From Octopus vulgaris (taxonomy: Eukaryota), in contig OX597836.1 of NCBI GenBank assembly GCA_951406725.2, positions 26,970,001-27,034,000 of the forward strand: a DNA stretch of 64,000 bases. The letters run 5' to 3'. Both the position numbers and the translations under genes were made by a program. The notes under the pieces are model-generated. The model saw only the letters and a program-made list of their open reading frames with translations. It had not been told where the DNA came from and did no database searches. Shown piece by piece: positions 24,833-37,042 of the stretch. Numbering within the stretch: the first letter of the stretch is position 1; each line of letters opens with the position of its first letter.

Positions 24833-25213
24833 TCTTTATATATAAAAGTGAAGTTGTGTGAGTGTCTGTCTCCTACGATTTAGATTCCTAACTACTCCCA
24901 CATTTTGCGGTGCAGTTTTTAACCAAAACCGGGTATCTTATAGTTGTGATTCATATCGAGCCCTTCTGGGTATTAGCGCGCGTCTACGATGAGTCTACGA
25001 TTTTAAAAACAATTTACCATTATTTTTTTCCATTTTAATGCATTTTTTCGCTATTATATAAGGGAAGTAACTCTCTAAAAATGTCTACGATGAGTGAACG
25101 ATTTAAAAAAAAATTTACCATAATTTTTTTTCCATTTTTTGGCTATAACTCTCTAAAAATGCTTTATAGTTATTTCCCTTACAAACCCGAGCAACGCCGG
25201 GCGATACTGCTAG
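24833..25213 (+). mobile_element. Complete non-autonomous Helitron
   Basis: A|TCTTTATATATAAAA 5' end, 3' hairpin cccgagcaacgccggg, then CTAG|T. Inserted between A and T with no TSD. Confidence 0.9.
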
Positions 25214-25839
25214 TTTTTTATATTAATCGTTACACATATTTACAGATTATTATCGATAAATAATAACTCACATTTCTCTTGGAAATGTGTGTGTGTGTGT
25301 GTGTCTGCGTATGTTTGTGTTTGTCCTACCGTCACTGCTTGACAACTTAGCGGTTCATCAAAAAGAGGCTGATGGAATAAGTAATAGGTTTAAAAAAAAA
25401 AGCCCTGGAGTCGATTTGTTCGACTAAAATCCTTCAACGCGTTGCTCCAGCACGGCTGCAGTCAAATGCCTGAAACAAGTAAAAGAATCTGGCGATTTAA
25501 CTGACGCCAACAAAACCACCAGCAGGGTAGTAAACTTCAAGCATCGTTTTGAAAGTTATTGAATAAAATTATCATTAACAGGAATTTAATCCCATCTACC
25601 ACTCACCAAAAGCGCTTCTGTAAAATCTTGCTTGTTGATATCCTGTCGCTTACATTAAAAATAGTTTTTGTGCTGTTTCGTTCTACAGTTCACTTAGCGA
25701 CATGTCAAAGTTTATAAGTGTATCATCCACATGCTCATGTTGCTCATTAAATAATCCACTTTCTTGGGTTCTTCTTAGCTCATGTAGTGACGGAAGTTGC
25801 TAATTTTAACATCAAATTCCTGTTTCATAGGTTTGCAAT

Positions 25840-26721
25840 GCATCTTCTCAGAAAGATAGGAGTCAGGCAGTAGTGGCTAGTGGAGCCACCTCTATGAACA
25901 CACAAATAGTGAGCAGTGTTCCACAGGGCACTGTCTTGGGACCATTGCTTTTTATAGTGGCCCTCTCAGATATGCTCTCAAATGCCCGGATAGCCACCCT
26001 TGCAAGCTATGCAGATGATACGAAAGTCTCGCAGAAAATACAGAACCCCAGCGATGTTGCACACCTGCAGCAGGAGTTGGACTCAATTTACAGATGGGCT
26101 GAGGATAATAATATGCTGTTTAATGCTGAAATATTCCAAGCCCTGCGCTACCAGCATCCAAAACTGAATATGAAACTTACAGGGTACACTGGTAATCCAG
26201 AGAAGATTCAAAAAGTAGATCGTCTCTTTGCAACAGCTCAGCTACTGGGAAAGGTTGAAACTGTTAAGACTTTACTCCCCGGAGAGAAGACGGGAGAGGT
26301 ATGCAGCAATATATATCTGGAAGATCCCGGAAGGAATTGTGCCAAATTTTGGCATTGAAAGCTACACCAATGCCAGAACGGGACGACACTGCATAGTGCC
26401 AAAGGTCCCAGCAATGCCATCATGCTTCAGGATCATTTACTGCAACAGCCTGGGTTTCAAGGGCCTACAGCTTTTTAATATTCTCTCAAAGAGTCTGAGG
26501 AACTTGCACAAAGTAGATGTAGGGTTTTTTTAATCAAAGCTGGACCTCTTCCTGTTGAGAGTCCCAGATGAACCTACCTCATGGCAAGAGGTGCAAATGA
26601 GGGTAGCTATATCAAACTCCATGCTTCACCAAGTGCCACATATTAGAGGAGGCTCTTAGTAATAACAGTGTAGCAAAATGGCGGTGCATCAGCATGGCCA
26701 CAGCTCTGAGCTGAAACTAGA

Positions 26722-26722
<1 letters not shown>
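25840..26722 (+). mobile_element. CR1/L2-group LINE 3' fragment with an internal deletion
   Basis: S.VPQGTVLGPLLF, YADDTK, LQQELDSIYRWAEDNNMLFN, joined to LSYWERLKLLRLYS.ERRRERY. The 3' tail is ggcggtgcatcagcatggccacagctctgagctgaaactag. Confidence 0.88.
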
Positions 26723-26758
<36 letters not shown>

Positions 26759-28419
26759 CAATGGGCTTTTCCATCTACCAAACCCACTCACATGGCTTTA
26801 GCCTGCCCAAGGCTATAGTAGAAGACACTTGCCCAAGGTGCCACACAATAGGACTGAACCTGGAACCGTGTGGTTGTAAAGCAAGCTCCTTACCACACAC
26901 CCATACCGTGTGCAATCATATATAAACCTCGCCCACAAATGTAAAACGGACAGAAACATCTCCCATTTTTCTTCTTAATCACAACACATGTAAGATATGT
27001 GTTTAAAGGTCAAAACCTAGCAAGATAAAGCCACCTTTACAGTTAGATCAAGCTGTTATCTACACTTAAACGCACGCACCTTTCCTCTCTATCAAGAAGG
27101 GCCTCATCTGGATTTTTATCACCCAGAAGCTAACCCACCCAACCCCCACTGCCACTGAATACATAAAAAAGGAGTATGAGGTGTTGAAAAGTTTAAACTT
27201 TCATGTGTATATGAGTGCGTGTATGTATGTGTATAGTTGCAGATATGTATATGTGTTTGCACACATGTATATGTGTAAATTTTGTACATATGTATCGTGG
27301 CATTCCGTCTGTTACGACGACGAGGGTTCCACTTGATCCGATCAACGGAACAGCCTGCTCGTGAAATTAACGTGCAAGTGACTGAGCACTCCACAGACAC
27401 GTGTACCCTTAACATAGTTTTCGGGCAGATTCGGCGTGACACAGAGTGTGACAAGGCTGGCCCCCCTTTGAAATACAGGTGCAACAGAAACAGGAAGAAA
27501 GAATAAGAGAAAGTTGTGGTTAAAAAGTACAGCAGGGTTCGCCACCACCCCCTGCCGGAGCCACGTGGAGCTTTAGGTGTTTTTGCTCAATCAACACTCA
27601 CAACACCCGGTCTGAGAATCGAAACCACAATCCTACGACTGCAAGTCCGCTCCCCTAACCACTGGGCCTTTGCGTTTCCACAGTACATATGTAAATTGTA
27701 CAGATACATATTTGCGTATGCAAATATGTATGTATATGTATGTGTATGAATGTATTTATGTGTTTGTATGACTGTATATGTATGTGTGTATGTATGTGTG
27801 GGTATGTGTATGAGTATGTATGGTTACATTTGTACATTGTGTGTATGTATATATGTGTGTGATTGTATTTATGTACACTTGTATGACTGTATGTATGTAT
27901 GTGTGTGTGTGTATGTAATTGCGTATGTATTCGTGTATGTGTATGTGTGATTCTATGTATGCCTATGTACGCATGTATGTATGTATTACGTTTGTATGAT
28001 TGTGTGTATGTATATGTGTGTGGGTGATTGTATGTATGCATATGTATGTTCAATGAAAATCACCTTCCTTACCTAGCTGACTCTTGCGTTGCCAATGGCC
28101 CGACCTTGCAACAGGTTGTACTGGGTTACAGGTTGACAGTAGCACCAAGAGTGACCCGACGTCTCTACTGTGCTGCACGCGCACGTCTGCACACACGTGC
28201 GTGCACACACATGCGTTTTCATTCATATATACATATGTATAGTCGCATGCATGTATGCATGCATACTAATGTGCGCGTGCACATGTGCATTAGCGCACAC
28301 GCGTATACAAACACAAAACAAGCGTTGAGGATTGGTAAGCATTAGGGGTTGGTTGGTAGCAGCGACCTTGGTGCAGAGTAGCAGCTGATGCTAAGATGGT
28401 ATAACCGGGTTCTTGGCAG

Positions 28420-28990
28420 TCAGAGCCCTGAAATTTGCCAGAAGGGTATATCTCTGGTGACAGCAATAGGATAAATTGTATTTCTTGTTGAGGGATACTG
28501 CAGGTTATTAGAGGCTATGCAGCTTTTCGCAGAGGCGGAGCTGGCAGTTGGGGGCACCAGGTGAATATGATGGCGCTCTGTCGACAATAGTCCACTTGAT
28601 GCTGGGTATTTCATCTTGGAAATCACGGAGTCTCCAGAGAAAACGAGACAGGGAAGTAGAGGTCTCTCTATCCCTGGATCTGAACGTGTGCATATGTTGG
28701 GAGTATCTTCCTTTGAAATTATTAGCTGTCATACCCGTATAATGCCGAGTAATGCCATCGGATCGTGTAAGGGTGGCTCTGTATACTATGACTCTCGAGA
28801 GACAAGATCCTTCTAGAGGGCACATGGTGGGATTTCGGCGGTTGCAGACTGGGATTGGGGGTGGTGTGGGTGCATTTTTACGTCTGTTGATGCGTGCGAT
28901 GTTGTCTAAGCAGGAGTAGCTCACGACACCGTGTGACCTTCGTCCACCAATCGCAGCCCACCTCATGGTAATAACAATCAACTTCTGTCA
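28420..28990 (-). mobile_element. Penelope-like element remnant, Naiad-like GIY-YIG region
   Basis: VSYSCLDN..., CN.RNP..CPLEGSCL...IVYRA, YTGMTANNFKGRYSQH..TF, STSLSRFLW.L, IKWTIV...SY..G..NCQL.L.EK. Confidence 0.82.
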
Positions 28991-29729
28991 TTGAAATCCA
29001 AAATGGCTGACGATTCAAATTCGTTGGTACCAACGAATTTGAATGAAGATAAAGAAGATGCCTTGTACTGCAACCACTGCTTTTATGGCAAACATCACAA
29101 CATAGAGATGCCATCGAAGGATAAATGTAAAATCCTGCCAGTCCTGTGGGATGAGCTTTTCTAGTAAAGATGACTACATACCAAAGCCAAGAAAAGTCAC
29201 AGACTATCCATAATGCTAGATCGAGTTAGGAAATGAATTCTGCTTTGACACTGAAGATTCTTAAGTAGGTCCCAAAGGTCAGAGAGATATCAGGAGCCTC
29301 AACCATATCTGTGCAGTGTTTTAAATTACACCAAGAAAGGTTTTTAAGATGGCTGCCTCCCAAAACTGTCATCAACACTCTTCTTCCTCTTTTCTTCATC
29401 TCCTTCTTCATCGTCACTGTCTTCCTCCTCTCTTTAGTTACCTATTTCTTTATTACCCACAAGGGGCTAAACACAGAGGGGACAAACAAGGACAGACATA
29501 GGTATTAAGTCGATTACATCGACCCCAGTGCATAACTGGTACTTAATTTATTGACCCCGAAAGGATGAAAGGCAAAGTCGACCTCGGCGGAATTTGAACT
29601 CACAACGTAACGCAGATGAAATACCACTAAGCATTTCACCCGGCGTGCTAACGTTTCTGCCAGCTCACCGCCTCTCTTTAGTTACCCTCACATCTAACCC
29701 AACAACTTTTTTTTTTATTCTACTTACAG

Positions 29730-30084
29730 AGGAGGAGGTGGTCGAAGATCTTGCGGCGTTATTCCCAGTAAAATACACCCTGGAACTTGATCCTGATATG
29801 GGCTCAGGCATTATGTATGGTAACATGGAGTTACTTATGCGATGTACCAACAGCAGTTCTAAGGTAGTGCTTAATAGTATTGGAATTTTTGTGATTAAAG
29901 AGACTGTGGTGATTTCAGAAATCAGTTCCAACCAAATTTTGAAATTTATGATCACCGAGGAGGACCAAACGATAACTTTTCAACTTGTTAATTCTACTTT
30001 TCGAGCTGGTTTTAATTACACGATTTCATTGGATTATGATGCGAACATCAATAAGCAGTTTCAAGGAGTTTTCCAAACAGGACC
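29730..30084 (+). CDS. M1 aminopeptidase exon 2 (N-terminal beta-sandwich domain)
   Basis: Polypyrimidine tract, ttacag| acceptor, CC|gtaagt donor. PVKYTLELDP...GNMELLMRC...VVLNS...YTISLDYDANI...GVF. Confidence 0.85.
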
Positions 30085-31025
30085 GTAAGTACTAAACAGT
30101 TTTCCAAATTCTTCTAAATTACATTGCTCATGCGATGTGCATGTTCCGTTCATAATCAAATGAATTTGGTGGACAGAGACTGTGTGGAAGCACTTTACAT
30201 GTACATATGTATATATATATATATCCCAACCACATGGTTCCAGGTTCAGTCCCATTGCATGGCACCTTAGGCAAGTGTCTTCTACTATAGCCTTGGGCTG
30301 ACCAAAGTGTTGTGAGAGGATTTGGTAGGTGGAAACAGAAAGAAGTCCATCATATATATATTTATAGATATATATATATATATACATATGTATGTGTATC
30401 TTTGTGTCTGTGTTTGTTCCCCATCATCACTTGACAATCAGTGCTGGTGTGTTTACGTACCTGTAACTTAGCTGTTCAGCAAACGACAACGAGAGAATAA
30501 ATACTAGGTTAAAAAAAATAAGTCCTGGTGTTAATTCATTCAACTAAAACCTTTCAAGGTGGTGCCTCAGCATGGCTGCTGCCAAATGGCTGAGAAAATT
30601 TTTAAAAAAGACTATGTGGTAAGAAGTTAGCTTCCCAACCACATGGTTCTGGGTTCAGTCCCACTGTGTGGCACCTTGGGCAAGTGTCTTCTACTATAGC
30701 CTCGAACCAACCAAAGCCTTGTGAGTGAATTTGGCAAGACATAAACTGAAACAAGCCTATCGTCTACATATATATGTACATATATTTATGTGTGTCTTTG
30801 TGTCTGTCTTCCCGCCATCACTTGACAACCGATGTTGGTGTGTTTATGACCTCCGTAACTTAGTGGTTTGGCAAAAGAGACCAATAATATAAATACTAGG
30901 CTTACAAAGAATGAGTCCTGGGGTTGATTTGTTTGACTAAAGCTGGTGCTCGAAAATGGTCACAGTCAAATGATTGAAATGTGTAAAAGAGTAAAAGAGT
31001 ATATATGCATACATACATACATACA

Positions 31026-31069
<44 letters not shown>

Positions 31070-31639
31070 TATATATATGATGTTCGTCCACTCGTAATGG
31101 AGGAAGATCATTGCTGACCTTCGGGAACATTGTGAGTGTGTGTTTGTGTTATTTACACAGGAATATAGATGTCACTGTAACCTGACCCTGGACTCACGGC
31201 TGTGCATCTTAAAAATGCATTCTCTTAATCTAATCAGGATATATTTTCTAAAGTACAAAATTCACTTGAAATACACACACATTTTTTCCCTTCTTAGAAT
31301 GCTTGTTCTTTTTTTTTTTTACCTGTTTCTACTTGTATTCAGTTCTTTTGTGTGTGTGTTTATGTATGTGTGTGCATTTAAGTGTGTGTGTATACATGTG
31401 TAGGTTTGTAACACTCCCACCAACATAAGGACAAAAACTAAGACTATATTTAAAGAATAAATAGAAAAAAATAAATACAGTTTGAAAATTGATTAAACAA
31501 GAAACTGAATAATTTGTAAATACACACATGCAGCACATGAATGTGAGGTTCAAAATATTAAAATAAACAGAAAACAGAGGCAGAGGTGAGGGAACAACAA
31601 ACAAGGTGTATTAGTTTGACACTCAGGGAAAATGGAAAA

Positions 31640-31680
31640 GTCTTTTATGTTTCGAGCTTCTGCTCTTCTTCAGGGAGGAA
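31640..31680 (-). ncRNA. Degenerate minimal hammerhead motif in a short Penelope-derived repeat (relatives at about 4340-4390 - and 17980-18012 +)
   Basis: Minus strand reads CTGAAGA-a-GAGC-agaa-GCTC-GAAAC-ATA. Relatives read gaaGAGcgtaggCTCGAAACGTA. Confidence 0.5.
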
Positions 31681-34071
31681 CTAGAAAAGAAGACAATGGA
31701 GAGAGGGAAGACAATGAAGAGAGAGAAATGAAAAATATGTCTGGATTAACAGTTTTGTGTGTGTGTGTGTGCGTGTGTGCGAGTACATATATTCCATATA
31801 AGTATGTGTGTGTTCCCTTGTCTTAACATCTTGTGACGGATGCAAACGAGCATCGGGATCATACAAATGAGGATGCTGGTTTCCAGTCGCCCATGACAAA
31901 CATGTCTAGCTATGGGGAAATATTATGTTGCTTGGAAACAGGTGAAGGTTGGTGACAGGAAGGGTATCCAGCCTTAGAAAATCTGCCTCAACATATTCCA
32001 TCTGAACCATCCAAGCATAGAAAAGTGGGCATTAAAAGATGATGATATATAATGTATGTATAATGATATGTACATTGATATATAAAGTTTCACATATTAT
32101 ACTAAACACTTCACAGAATATTGAATGTGTGTGTGTGTTTTTGTCCCATCACCACATGACAACTGTAACTTAGTGATTCAGCAAAAGAGACCATCAGAAT
32201 AAGAACCAGTCTTTAAAAAAAACAAAACAACAACAATAGTACAGGGGTCAATTCATTTGACTAAAAATTCTTTAAGGCAGTGCTCCAGCATGGCCACAGT
32301 CTAATGACTGAAACCATTAAAACAGGAAAGACATTGAAAATTAAATGAAATAATCCTTTCTACTAAAAGATTAGGAAAAAACAAAAAAAAAAATCTATTT
32401 TAAAATAAAATAAATAGAAAGAGAAAATGAGTATAGACTGGTGCAAATTTATTTTCCAACTAACAGCAATACCAAACCCTTGAAATTCTTGAAACAATCT
32501 GCTGCCAGAACCTTTATGACATATATTTCAGTTAGGTTGTAATGTCTTACAAGCATCTGTTGACTGATAATCTTACATAAAAACTTTATTTAGTGTCTCA
32601 GCAAACATTCTTAATGTGTCATTTCAGTATACGCAGTTCTAATTGATACTAGATACTAGCATAGATAAGGGGCGCGGGATGACCTCAACTTCACGAATGA
32701 TCCAGAACTAATCTGAGACATATTGATTAGTGGAATGGAATGTACGTATGGTTGAATAGATATGGTGATAAGTACCTCCCTTTCATTTTTATTATTTATT
32801 TTGGGAATGGAATGAAAGGGAAAAACAAGTTCAATGTTGTTATTTAGGCTTTCTGATTTTTATTTTCTCATCAAGGATAGCGTTTGTGAAAACATAGGTC
32901 TTGAACTTGCTTAAATAAATAACTTTTAACCAAGGAATGAGTCTAGAAATACGGATGGGGAAGGGCTTACAGCTGATTTAATTGAACTTGGTATACTAGA
33001 CTGCTGTTAATTTTATCAGTGCCAAGATGATGGAAGGTAAACTCAAGGTAAACTGAGAACGTAAAGGAATTTAACAAAATATTTAGTTCAGAAAGCTACC
33101 ATTTCTGTCATTCCAGCATGACCACCCTCACCTCTGAAATAAATAAATAAATCCCTGTAAACTGATTCCAGTAACTGAGTTTCAGGTCAGTTCTTATCAA
33201 GCAGATGAATGATCAAAGACATTCTAGCCATGCCCATCACCTATCATCAGGCACTTTATTTTGGACTACTTTATCCAATATATCCTTCCTGTTACTTTTC
33301 TAAAGATAGTAGGATGGGATTTGAGATTGAGCTACTATTTCTAGGAAGTCAGACAACGCTGTAGAAGCTCCTTTATATAGTTGTGAAGAAGTAATATTAA
33401 TCTGAACACAGAGCTTTGGGTGGAATGGTAAAAATTATAGACTGTACAATAGTTAGTTATGGCTCATTAGGTTTTACATTTAAATATATATTAGCCTCAA
33501 TTCAGCCTATGATCAAAGACATTCCAGTTATGACCATACTGTTTATTCCAACAGTATATTTCGGAGTTCATTATCCAATGTCCTTTTTTATAAAATACAA
33601 GAAGGTACACAATTTGAAAGATTTGGATATTTCTAGCAGATTGCACAATCATTCAGAGGGTCCCCCAATGGCATATACGGATCTTATATAAATGTGTGTA
33701 TGTGTGTGTGCGTGTATGTATATGTGTGGGTGTGTGTGTGTCTATACATGTGTATATGTATGTGCATGTGTTTATATATATGTACATATATACACACACA
33801 CACACATATACATACATGCATATACACACATGCATATACATGTGCCCACACATATACATACACACAATATTTTGGCTTTGTGTGTAACATGAAATCAGTC
33901 AAACATTAAATTGAAAATTTGGTCTATATTTTTTAGTAAAGTAACAAATTATTTATATATATGTCATGTAGTATAAGAGAGAAACATAAGATCTATTTTA
34001 ATAAACCAGTGTCCATCAACCACTTAAGCTGCTTAACTTTACTTTCGTCTGTGAAACATTTGGTTCAAGAT

Positions 34072-34338
34072 TTAACTGAAAAATCTCTGTATCCTAACAA
34101 CTACTTCTCGGCTGAGACCACAGTCAAGCAGATCTTGTTCTGTGGCTAGAATGAGTTTCTTCAGACTTCCAATTCCATCTTGAACAAGGTTAATTTCTTC
34201 AGGGCTCAGATCCAACATTTTTAGTGTTTCATGCATTAAGGTCACACTGGATTTGAAAGACGCTTGGATGCTTACAAGCCTTTCCTTGAGAACTTCACTA
34301 ACAGGTTTACACATGACTTTTGCAATGTTTAACATTGC
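34072..34338 (-). CDS. SPO16: SPO16/C1orf146-like protein, exon 2 (C-terminal HhH2-like region and stop)
   Basis: Acceptor ttcacag|GCA, phase 0. AMLNIAKVMCKP resembles C1orf146 LMCTIAKTTSKP. GSLKKLILATEQDLLDCGLSREVVVRIQRFF resembles the ERCC1/FAAP24 HhH2 domain. Confidence 0.82.
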   Translation of the reverse strand, partial: AMLNIAKVMCKPVSEVLKERLVSIQASFKSSVTLMHETLKMLDLSPEEINLVQDGIGSLKKLILATEQDLLDCGLSREVVVRIQRFFS

Positions 34339-36118
34339 CTGTGAACAGAAAAGAAACAATATTTAAGAAACTATTATAAAAAATACTGATTCTATCAATG
34401 AGAAAGAAATATAAATTTATAGAGCAGAGCCAAAGTAGATTTCATTAGTGCTGGTCTCATGTAAAATGCACCCAGAGCACTGTGTAGAGTGATTGGCAGT
34501 AGGAAGGGCATCAAACCATGCCAAAACAGACCTCACCAGTGCTGGTGTCATGTAAAGAGCACCCAGTCCACAGTGTAAAGTGGTTGGCAGTAGGAAGGGC
34601 ATTCAGTCATAAAAACCCATGCCAAAGCAGACCTCACTGGTGCTGGTGTCGCATAAAAAGCACCCAGTCCACTGTGTAGAGTGGTTGGCAGTAGGAAGGG
34701 CATTCAGCCATAAAAACCCAATGTCCTCTCAACAATTAGCCAAAAATAATTTTTAAAATGAGAATATCAGAAATGAACTCAACTGCTCTCACAAACGAGA
34801 ATACTGAAAATGAACCCAACCACTCTCAAAAATTAAATAAAAAAAAAATAGGAAAAATAATCCAGAATCCTTGTCCAGTACTGGATTGATAACAAAATTT
34901 AATTAGTTCATGCTAGTTACGAGGCCAGGCATCACTGAAAGTTTCAAATCCACTCACAAGGCATTGGTCAGCCCGGGGCTATAGCAGAAGACACTTGCCC
35001 AAGGTGCCACACAGTGGGACTGAACCCGGAACCATGTGGTTGGTTAGCAAGCTACTTACCACACAGCCACTCCTGCGCCTATGTAAAAAAAAATATCTAT
35101 TTTGTGTTTTATTTACTTTGCTAGGGCGTCGTTGTAGGATCGACTAGTTACGACTAGCTAGCGCGAATGCGCGAGTACGCGCACCTGGACCACTCTTCTC
35201 AAGTAGTACCAGTCTTTATCCTCCTATACACGCACGCATGCATGCATGCAGACAGACAGGCAAAAAGATGTTTGGCGGAACAACTGGGATAAATACAACA
35301 AAATGGACATATACAGTTATTTTTAATCAGCAGAAAATAAGAAACTGATTCAAGAGCTGAGAGTTTCATACGTAGCAATCATAAAGTGACTTTCTGCCGA
35401 TTAAAAGTGCGAGCGTGTAATTGTGTGTAAATTAAGCAGAAAATGGAGATTTGATCCCTGATAAACTCATGTTTATCTTTGCCATTGCCTAACCTATGAG
35501 CATAATATGCTTGCATATTTATGTCCAGGGTTAACACGGGTAATTATACTGGTAGTAAAACGGATATTTTTATCCCTCAGACAGTTATTCCAACCTCTGA
35601 CTCTACTAACCTTTATGCAGACGATTTGATTTCGTTATTTTTCCTTCTCTTTGCCTGTGTGTTACAAATATTGTTATCTGTGGAGTAATATCTGTAGTAA
35701 AAAGGAATGAGCTGTCTTTGGCTGCTATTTCTAAATTTTCGGTATGTGGTTAAGCAATTTGTTGCTTAACCCTAATTATATTTATATATATATAAAAAAA
35801 CTTTTTGTAAAAGTTTCTACCGATAATAGTTCTCTTTTCATACCGGAACTACTTGGTAAAATTTGTTAATTGTAAATTAATAATACATATATATATATAT
35901 ACATACATATATATATATACATATATATATACACACATATATATACACATATATATACATACATATATATATACACACATATATATATATATATATATAT
36001 ACACATCACCTTTCATTCTTTCGAGGTCGATGAATTAAGTACCAGTTACGTACTGAGGTCGACCTAATCGACTGGCCCCCTCCCCCAAAATTTCGGGCCT
36101 TGTGCTTAGAGTAGAAAA

Positions 36119-36167
<49 letters not shown>

Positions 36168-36583
36168 ATGATATGATAACTGAAATACGCAGATATTCTT
36201 CAAGAGCTTGGATTTTAACTCGGACAGACAGACGGATGGGTGGATGTGAGTAATATAACTTATATTTGATTCTGAGTTCAAATCTCAACTCGATAGATTT
36301 CATTTCTCCCAAGGTCGTCGAAATATCAAAAACAGAACCAGAATCAATAAAATCGACGAAAACTCTTAAACGTGTTCTTCTAACATTAAAAGAACAACGA
36401 ATTAACATCAAGTATATTTATCTAAAATGACTAAATTTCTTTTCTCTTTCGTGTTCGTTTTGCTTAGATCCCAATAAATAACTGCTTGGAAAATAAACCT
36501 AGACTTATTTAATTTGGAATGAGTTTTGGTAATTTGTATGAGAGAAATCGATGCTGAGCAATAAATTTTAGTATCCGACTTAC

Positions 36584-37042
36584 TTCAACCACAGATTGGC
36601 CATTGTCATTCAAGACAGGAATCACTTGCAAGCGGCTTTCCAGAAATTTCAGTTGGATATTCTGTAGAGATTCAGTGGCAAAAGAATCGAATACAGAATA
36701 TCTTAAGATCACGAAACACCTTTGATGAAGTCTGGAAAATTTTTCCATTCTGTTTAGTAGTTCTATGCTTGTATCAGAATCATTGTGTTCCCCCTGTTCG
36801 TTGGTGGAAGCTAATCTGGTCGACAGAGGTGGACATGTTTGTCGTCTGCTGTTAAAGACATCGTAGACGATCAAGAAAGCAACGGACGAAGAAGGAAAGA
36901 TGCAGCTGTCTTTTATCACTGTACTGCTGAAGCGAATGAAGTAATTAGAGTCGCGTAACAGTGCAATAATGTCACTGTTCGACAATGATTGATGAATAAT
37001 AACAGGTTTCGCTTGTTCTCTTCGATCTTCTTGATGATTCAT
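36584..37042 (-). CDS. SPO16: SPO16/C1orf146 (SCRE)-like protein, exon 1 (XPF/ERCC1-like inactive nuclease fold)
   Basis: ATG at 37042; donor GAA|gtaagt, phase 0. The blocks IIHQSL...IRFSSTV..DSCIFPSSSVAFLIV, RMEKFSRLHQRCFVIL and IQLKFLESRLQVIPV match my recollection of human C1orf146 ([61 protein letters not shown]). Confidence 0.85.
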
